From Amoebophrya sp. A120 (taxonomy: Eukaryota > Protista > Dinoflagellata): 64,000 bases of DNA. The stretch is taken from the NCBI GenBank assembly GCA_905178155.1, contig CAJINV010000007.1:68799-132798 (forward strand), written 5' to 3'. The notes below the pieces were generated by a model. The model did not search any database. It was given only the letters and a program-made list of their open reading frames with translations, and was not told where the DNA came from. Of the stretch, positions 56,001-64,000 are shown one piece after another. How positions within the stretch are numbered: position 1 is the stretch's first letter; each line of letters opens with the position of its first letter. Both the position numbers and the translations under genes were made by a program.

Positions 56001-57099
56001 AACTCTGGGTCTCCCAGTTCTCCTCTACACGGAAAGTAGAGTGCACTTCTTCTTGACGTTGACTCTTCATCGACCGAGGGTCAGAAGCAGCTGCGACCCG
56101 GCGGCCCCGAGGTGGGACAAGATATGAAGATGTGGCAGCAGCCGCAGCCGCCCCGTGGTGAATCAGCCGCGCGCCGACCCTCCCTGCCCGGGAAATGTCA
56201 AACGTACCCCGAATACTGCCGCTGTCGTATCAAATGTAAAAATGTCTGGGTCTGGAAGAATGCAACTTGTGATGCTGCATTTGGATTCCTATTCCAAAAA
56301 AATCTGTATTGCATGAGTACCAAAGGGAATGCAATTTTTGCTACGCTGAGAAGGCATTTGTCATGCGGAATAGGCATCAAGAAGCCTTCAAAAGATCTGT
56401 ATTGCTAGGGTATGCATCACAGACATCATGGCTCATGCAAAACGTGCATGACAAACCTCGCACTCTTCCAGACCCAGACATTTTTACATTTGATATGTCG
56501 TGGGTGCCGACGAAAGTTAGGTCTTTCAGCTTCACTTTGTCTTGCAGATTCAAGTCGCGAATCTTTTGCAAGCCGGCTGGATCCAGAACGAGCAAATCTT
56601 CCGGGGTACTTTCAATAAGCTCCTGCTGCTCGGGTTGCTGGTTATTGGAATTTATTGGGATGCTAGTACCAGTACCACCTTGAAGATTTGCGGGGGACGA
56701 TACATCTCCTACAACAACTTCTTCGCTGTGGTCAACGATGTTCGTCCAGCCAACATCTTCAAAATCCAGATCTTTCTGTTTTGCAGCTGTAATGACGCTC
56801 CATTCAGGTAACTCCCCCTCTTCCTCCACCACCTCTTTCGCACGAGAAGGCCTTCGCTGCTCAGGACGCGCAGGTACTTTCTCTTTCTGCCCCCCACCAC
56901 CAGAGAAATAACCTGCAAAGCGGTTGAAGAGTGCAGATCCTCGCGCCGGCTGTCCGAGCTCCTGCAACGAAAGCGCCTCGACTTGATGGACAATCCCGTG
57001 CAGTGCCAGCTGCACGGAAAAAGAGGCCAGCAACATGCCCACAACCACTGGGGCAGCAGCACGGGGGCGCAGGACCAACTCGTGACACCTTCGCGTCAT
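53005..57099 (-). CDS. Secreted PI-PLC X-domain (PLC-like phosphodiesterase) protein with 5 introners
   Basis: Signal-like N-terminus; LKDLTFVGTHD-S, ETQSLSILDQLRAGARWFDLR, AYHG and VNLVTVDFL match PI-PLC X / PLCXD motifs; one frameshift between ~55490 and 55590 (homopolymers). Confidence 0.85.
53075..53574. mobile_element. Introner family B with duplicated left TIR (53075 and 53363) and cargo
   Basis: DR GAACA flanks the outer ends. Confidence 0.8.
53635..53945. mobile_element. Introner (TATGGAAGCGTCAGGATTGAAATCG type)
   Basis: 25-bp perfect TIR; DR eroded GTTAT/GTCTT; joins AAQD-PVADG. Confidence 0.88.
54145..54460. mobile_element. Introner family D
   Basis: TIR; DR ACCGT/ACCGC. Confidence 0.87.
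54721..54985. mobile_element. Introner family B (extra TAT at left end)
   Basis: TIR; DR CTGAT; joins EKTS-APHSAF. Confidence 0.9.
56228..56495. mobile_element. Introner family B
   Basis: ~31-bp perfect TIR; DR TGTCG; splits GTHD|S. Confidence 0.93.
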
Positions 57100-57498
57100 T
57101 TTTCTTGTTCCTGTGTTTGATAAACGAGGGTAGGTAAAACGAGAAAAATTTAGTGCAAAAAAAAAATCAGAACAGATGGCGCCGAGTTGTACAGCTTCAT
57201 CTCCAGGGGTTGAAAGATTATTTTTGAACGTTGAATCTTGAACAAACGAGATACAGGCTGGATGTGGATTTTTTACTTTTCAAAAAATATCGTATGAGCT
57301 GCCCTTGCGACAATGTACGTCTAGAAGCACAACTTCTAGAGGGGGGGTCGTGTCTATCAGTCGATGTAGTGTTGAAGTTTCTTGGTCTTCAAAATCTCTA
57401 AAGGAGGGTACCTATGTATGAGATGTAGTGTTGAAATTTCTTGATGGTCTCCAAAATGTTTTCAAGACAAAGCGCGGAACTTACCACACTGCTGCTGT

Positions 57499-58246
57499 CA
57501 TTCTAGTTTAATCGAGGATCGTTCTAGTTTTATGCTAGTAGTATGCTAGTAATATGCTACAAGTCTGCTAAAGCTCTGCCAATTCGGTACGTTTGGTGTC
57601 CGATTTTGGTGCTTAAGTCTGAGACTCGACCACCCTCGACAGCAGCAGCGTGCTGCCGTCTGTCTCCCCATGCTTGTTCTTACGGGGCCCCGTATTTGGA
57701 CAGAGACAGAAGCGGGCGGTCTACTCCAATAACCTGGGTATCAATGCGCTTCTTCGGAGATACAGAGGGCGCGCTTCGTCTGCCGCGGAAGGTTGCGACT
57801 TGTCCCCGCGGGTTGCGAGTCTGGTTTAACTCGCAGCCAAGGTGTGCGTAGCAGCACCCAGTAGTACTTGGCTGCAGTAGTTGAAGTAGAAGTAGCAGTA
57901 AGTTGTGGTAGTTGTAGTAGCTGGCGTGACGTACAAAGAGGAGTAGTACCTGGCGCGAAACTAAATTAAATTACTATAGCATAAGCATATAGTCTGCTTT
58001 TCTCGGTTTCGGCATTCTCCGCCGTTTTTGCATGACAAAAGTGGGGCGGTTTGCATAGTAAAACAACGCGGCTCGGAAACAGCGGGTGAGCAGAATGGGT
58101 CCACCGGTTGAGGGAGGGGAGAAGACGACTGGGCCGGCCGGACGGCCGGAGCGATTCCGCCGGTGACGTGGTTGAGTTCTCATCCGGCCGGCCGGCCGGA
58201 TGAGAACTCAACCGCGAAGTTCCAGATTTGGTTTGTTACCCCGCTC
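57499..58246. mobile_element. Insertion flanked by a 51-bp direct repeat, ending in a Harbinger-like TIR
   Basis: Repeat at 57448-57498 and 58247-58297; right end TTTGTTACCCCGCTC. Confidence 0.65.
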
Positions 58247-59761
58247 TCTCCAAAATGTTTTCAAGACAAAGCGCGGAACTTACCACACTGCTGCTGTTTG
58301 TTGGCAGGAAGAGGTTGGAAGGCATGGCTTGGCTGGCAACATCGAGGGCTTGTATACAATTACCTACAACACAAACCCGACTACTTAGGCTTTCTCTCTT
58401 TCTCAGCATTTCAATTCCCGATCCCGGCCACCATGGCGTCAAAAATGAAAATTTGCTCAATAGAACCGACTAGACCTAGAGTAGACCACCACTATATTCA
58501 GCTTTATTTTTTCTCGATTCAGGCGGCAGGCCCCATCATCATTTCAAGATCCAGGCTTTAATATTTCTTGAATGCTGTACCGATACTTCTTTTTACATCA
58601 CCAGTTCAGGATCGGGGTTCATTTATTTTTCGAGATCAAAATCACTTCAGGATCTTCCAGGTTTAGGGTTTAGCAAAATACACCGTCCCGCGTTGGAAGG
58701 CGGCATCGGCCCTTGCGTGGTTTGTTGGTGGGAAGTACTTAGACGGCGGAAGACGAAAAAGGACGGCTTTATAGAGGCAATTTAAAGAAATTAGGCGGCC
58801 TTCCACGATGGTAAATTGACCAAGAAAGAAAGAATAACTCAAGAGGTGAACAGCGGAGCCTGGAGGAGCCTGCGCGACCCCTCGGGTGGGCGGGCGTCAT
58901 GAAGCGCGCCGGCAACTTTCTCTATTTCCTGTTCCTGATGGCAGCTCATTGCGGTTCTCGCTTCAAGAAGCGTCGGGTCGATTGATTATACAACGGTCTT
59001 TCGATACGAAGTAGCTTCAGCTGCGAGCTGACTGCACTTCACATCGTGCATCCTGCCCTCTAGCGGATGCCACTGCCTGGTTACCAGGAGCATGTGCATA
59101 CAAAATGACTTAGATATGAGCAGGCACCCGACGCAGACTCACCAGGGGTGTTACAACTCTTCAGCTTCGCGTACATCTTTTTCATTCTACAGATTCAAGA
59201 TGAGGAGTGCTCGAAAAAATCACCCTGTAACTTCTTTTGTGGCGTTCAGATGCACAGATGCTTGCTAGCTTGCTACGCTACGCTACGCACGGACCGCTGC
59301 TAAACTAAACACGCGGAGAGTTCGAACATACACAAAATTTGCGTCAGCTTGTAAAATTGCATGTAGCAAGTATGTTCAAATTATTCGACTTCGACCCCTG
59401 TCGACCTGTAACACCTCACTGAGACTTTCACCGCCGCCTAACCGCCCGGATATGGTTCCGCACTGTGTTAAGCTTTGTAGAGAGGAAAACGACGACCATC
59501 ACCGCCACCACTTTCTGCTCTGCGCCACTTCTTCTGTTTCATGCAGCTCGTCTGTGCGAACGAATGCATAAAATTTCCTTTCCTTCATATTCCTTCTGTA
59601 CTGAGTTGATCGCAAATCATGTCCGATAATCTTGCTTTTTTCGACCAATATAATGCCAGCAAGCAATACTTTTAGAGCGCCTGTCTTTTTTTCTTGCGAA
59701 GTTGTAGCTTCACTTTCCCTTTCGTTCAGAGAAAAATTTAAACATTTGATTATTATGATGA

Positions 59762-62237
59762 TCAATTTATCAGCCGCGACATGACGGTGGCGATGGCTTT
59801 GGCTTTCTTTTTTCTTTCCATACGGTGTTGCGCATACTGATCGTAGACCTGTTGAACATGCGAATCTTGCGGTCCTCCGCGCGAGCCACCGAGATCAGAG
59901 AGGCGCAGACAAGCCCTTCTCACGCCGCGACCAGGTTTTCGTCCGCTCAAGCGCTCTTTCTCCCGACGGATGGCGCGTTCTAGCGAGGGCAAGACCGTGG
60001 CGACTTCCGTTTCCCTTCTCTGGAGGGCGACCAGCCTCACTTCAGGACTGAGACTCTCAGTTGGGGTTGCTCCAAAGAGAGTGGGGTTGCTCCATCTACC
60101 GGTGACCCTGAAGCGCACAGTGTGCCCCACCTGCAAAGGAGAAATCTTGTCCCCACGTTGCGACCCAAGTCCTTCGCCTTCGCGGGACAGCTCGAGGTCA
60201 TGCTCGTACGACGGATCCAGAAACCAGCGTACCTCCTTTTCGATGTCTGGTAGAATGTCAGCAACGAGACGCGTTTCGTCTCGGTGTGTGTTGCCACCGT
60301 TCCACCCCCACGCGGCGGCGGGAACGAACATGCGTTTTTCTTCCCGCCCTTGTTCAGACACGATGACCTCGACGCCCAGGGTATTCACAAAAACAGCTGC
60401 GCCAGTGCAAATCCGTTGTACAACATGCAGAACAGCAACGAGCATTTCTATCGACAACGCTGTCACCGCCTCTCCCTGTCTCTGTGGTCATAGGTCATGC
60501 TGGAAAATATACTATATCTGTGTGTTGATATAGAGTCACTCGTGACTTCATCCATCGATTATACCACTAGCTGGCGCGTAGCCGTAAGGTGGATTTTTCC
60601 GTCATGCGAGACCAACTTGCGATGCTGTTCTGCAGCCGAACAAACTACACTAACGGGTGGACGACCTTTCATCCTGGATAAGGGACCTCCGCCGCGTCAG
60701 CTTCATCCTCCGGCAGAGTGCGCTATCCCACAAGAAAGTACTACACCTACAATTCCCGAAACAAAATACTTATAAACTTAATTGAGTGCGGTTTATCGAC
60801 GCTCCTTTCTCAGCATGACAAATTTCTTGGCGCCGCTCACTCTAGTAATCACGAAACTTCTTCTGCGCTTGTACAAGAAATGGTAATTGCATTCCGTAAC
60901 ATTACAAAAATTGCCTCTCCATCATCTATCTCTTGGCGTCTCCGCATTACGCAGTCCTCTTTGGGGGGCCGAAAAATTATACAGCAAGAGCGCAAGTCTA
61001 GTTTTTGTTCTCTGGAGGTACTATAGTATGGGCGTGCTTCTTCTTTTCTGTGGGATATGATGCGGATTGATAAAATCTCTGACATCTCTGCTTTCACCAG
61101 GTTCGTAAACCTGTCACTCAAGTCCTTGGTCGCGTCTGCGCTTGCCGGATGGTCGTGCCTGTTAAATTCGTCAAGGCGGCTCGTCGCCTTTAGCCAATCA
61201 AGATACGCGGTCTTCAGGTTGGACCCACACAGTGCTAATTGGAGGTCATGTGGGAAGCTCTCTTCAAAGCGGAAGTCCTTCCGGAAGAATTCTAGGTAAC
61301 CAGGACCGTATTCGCGCGCCAGGATGTCCGCTGTCGCGTCGATCTCGTCGACGTCCATCCTGTCCGCTGCCATTTTCGCCCTGATTGTATTATAGGAGTC
61401 GCCGTATTTTCCTTTTATGTCTTTCAGCATCAGAATCATTTCCTTGTGTCGTGCCTGCTGCAGCGCATCGAAGCGGTACTTAAAAATCAAGCGGGTCACC
61501 GCTACGATTGCCATGTCGTGGCGCGCTTTGACGTTCTCCGGAGTGGGATCCGGACCAAAACGAGATGGGGATGTATGTTCTTGCACGGCCGTGGCGGCAG
61601 GAGGCACGGCATCTCGAGATGCACGAGGACTTCTGGGACGACTGGACGGACGACCACAGCGGGAGGGAGCTCGTCCGGGTCCGGCGCACGGTATGCATTG
61701 CAAATATTTTTGGGCCTGGAAGGGTGCAAGGTTTGATGTCGTGCAGGTTTTCTATGCCCCATGAGATCTGGAATGCGAATGCAGGACCTAGAATGACAGA
61801 TTCAGATTCTGTGCGGTCTCTAGTATGTATGATGACTAGGTATGTATCATGAGAAACTTCCTCCCACACTTGTCAACAAAAATGGACAACTTTTGGCAAT
61901 CATGTCTGACCCACGAGACGCATCAGAAGTTTCTTTGCACTTTCCCAGACATCCAGGGATGGTGTTTGCTCTGAATAATAGCTGACGCAGATGAAGATGC
62001 AGCACGAGATGGAGATGGAGTTCGTCGACGACGAGTAGACGAAGAAGGACGCCCACCAGCACTTCCACTTCCAGCACCAGCACTACCAGTACCACGAGGA
62101 CTTCCGACTGTTCTCATCCCCGCTACTTGGCTCGTCTGCAAGAGCATGTCCGCAAAAAGATAAAAATTCACCGCCTGCAGAACAACGGCCGAAGCCGCGG
62201 CGGCACTGATTTTTCCGATAACGCGACCAGCAGCCAT
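59762..62237 (-). CDS. Hypothetical protein with signal-like N-terminus (exon structure partly unresolved)
   Basis: Long open frames at ~61980-62237 (MAAGRVIGKISAAAASAVVLQAVNFYLFA), ~61025-61690 and 59762-60466, separated by element-like sequence. Confidence 0.5.
61692..61977. mobile_element. Introner family B (degenerate right end)
   Basis: Left TIR clear, interior similar to 17078-17345; DR not found. Confidence 0.6.
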
Positions 62238-63697
62238 CGTGATGAAAGAGTCAAAGAAGATGATATTATGTGCTGCGATGTTTAGACTACAACACGGCAC
62301 AAGAGAAGGATGTAGTTGTGGGGTATTTTCGTTTGATTGAACCGAGGAAGTTTGATAAACAGAAAGAGAGAAGGGCGTCGGGTTCTTGTAAGTCTACTCA
62401 AATAATACTTGTTGTGTACAAACTTGATTTATGTACTCAAGTCGTTCTGTTTTCCCTTTTGTTGTAAGGAAAGGAAAAAATCGAAGCGCTTTGCTTGTTG
62501 CAAGGAATACTTACTCCAAGTTTTGGCGGGTATAGGGGTTTTTCTTTTTCTTTTTTACTTCGTACGTAGTTGTAAGCTTTTGAGTTTGAGGTTGCGACCG
62601 AGTCAATTGTTTTCCTGTGCTGGATGTGGTAAAGGAGTTCCCGTTGGACGTCGAACAGATTTAATATTAGACTGCGCAAAAGACTTTGTACATGAAGATG
62701 GCGGGACTTACACCACAAAATAAGACCGACTTTTGCCTCTCTTTATTGCGTATCAACATTTTTGATTTGTAGATCACAACCGATTTTTGCCTTGATCTTC
62801 TGCAACCTCAGCGGACACCCTCGCATTTCTTCAGTGGTCAACGAACTTCCTGCAAACGCATTGCATTTCCCAACCGACTGTCTCAATTTCTTCTCTGATT
62901 CCATTCTTCACCTCATTCAACTTCACTTGGTTAATAAATAACATGAGGCCAGTTTATTTGCCATACTGTTGGTCATGGAAATCGATCCCGCACACACGTA
63001 ACACGATCGCCCCAAATGACGCCTGTTCCCAATGAAATGACAGCTCTGAATGACCTGAACTAGCTAGATCCTTAGGGAAATGGTCAGAATCTATCTAGAT
63101 CCTAAAGGAAACTCTTCACCATGTTCCGCGAATCCCCCANNNNNNNNNNNNNNNNNNNNNNNNNNNNNNNNNNNNNNNNNNNNNNNNNNNNNNNNNNNNN
63201 NNNNNNNNNNNNNNNNNNNNNNNNNNNNNNNNNNNNNNNTTAACGATGAGTTCGGCCATTGGTTTGCGGGTTCCTCGTTCTCGCGCTGGCCCCATCGTGT
63301 CGTGTTCCAGTACGATTTTAGCCACCATCGGTTTGACGGCAAAGACTCCTGTTTGTTAAAACACCCTCGGCGCGGCGGCACCTGCGCACCTGGCATGACA
63401 GGTGCGCAACAGTCGCCGCGCCATCAACCAGAAAGAAGGTCTTGAAGGCATAGCGCACGGGACGGATGCCGGCAGACCAATTTAAACACCGCAACGCCCG
63501 CACAGCAAGATGCTGTCAGGCCAGCGCGCCTCCTAAGGCAATTCTTTGCGAAAAGTGTGAGCGCCTCGGGCTCTCCCCATCGCAATACGCAGCGCAGGCG
63601 GTGGGGCGCAGGCGAAGGCGATTCTCGAAAATTGGGCAGCACTTACACTTCACCATTGCAAATTGAGCGACAATGCGCCCTGCCTCCAGTTTGCGCC

Positions 63698-64000
63698 GGC
63701 GCAGAGACGAAAAAGGATTTTATTGAGGCAATTTCAGAAAATTGCGCAGCGCTTCGCCATTGCAAAATGCCAAAAAAAAATTGGAGCTGCGCCCTGCAGC
63801 GGTGGTGACAGCCGCATTTTCCGGCGCTGGCGCAGAGACGAAAAAGGATTTTGAGGCAATTTCAGAAAATTGCGCAGCGCTTCGCCATAGCAAAATGCCA
63901 AAAAAAAATTGGAGCTGCGCCCTGCAGCGGTGGTGACAGCCGCATTTTCCGGCGCTGGCGCAGAGACGAAAAAGGATTTTGAGGCGATTTCAGAAAATTG
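63698..64000. repeat. ~130-bp tandem repeat running off the window
   Basis: GGCGCAGAGACGAAAAAGGATTT at ~63698, ~63829 and ~63958. Confidence 0.9.

Noticed and set aside
8052-56495. Recurring peptides such as FQTQTFLHLI, KMSGSGR and YEYDTFA as a protein repeat family
   Set aside because: They are translations of introner TIRs, not coding repeats.
58660-58673. Telomere-like TTTAGGG
   Set aside because: Fewer than two full units; compatible with chance.
63240-63500. Possible Cys-rich transposase fragment after the gap
   Set aside because: Too short and frameshifted to support a call.

Overview
Eukaryotic genomic DNA, almost certainly from a dinoflagellate-lineage organism. A perfect dinoflagellate spliced-leader copy lies at 11044-11064 (- strand), and the gene architecture matches the parasitic syndinian Amoebophrya (inference). 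The ORF track is misleading. The real genes, all on the - strand, are cut into short exons by about 59 small (about 140-330 bp) terminal-inverted-repeat elements from several unrelated families. These elements almost all start TAT, end ATA and are flanked by a 5-nt direct repeat (DR). Removing an element plus one repeat copy restored the reading frame at the junctions I translated, so they behave as non-GT-AG introner introns. Reconstructed genes: two paralogous secreted-looking proteins with an F-box-like motif and almost entirely different introner sets, a large K/R/S-rich protein, a conserved-looking coiled-coil protein carrying 16 elements, a 4-TM Orai-like protein and a secreted PI-PLC X-domain protein. 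Also present: a spliced-leader-capped retro-insertion, stacked RTE and copia fragments, several insertions flanked by unusually long (35-80 bp) duplications, a Harbinger-like element filled with a hairpin array, and a poly(A)-tailed insert whose short ORF carries reverse-transcriptase-like motifs in reversed (C-B-A) order. All coordinates were read by hand. Splicing is inferred from frame restoration, not from RNA data.
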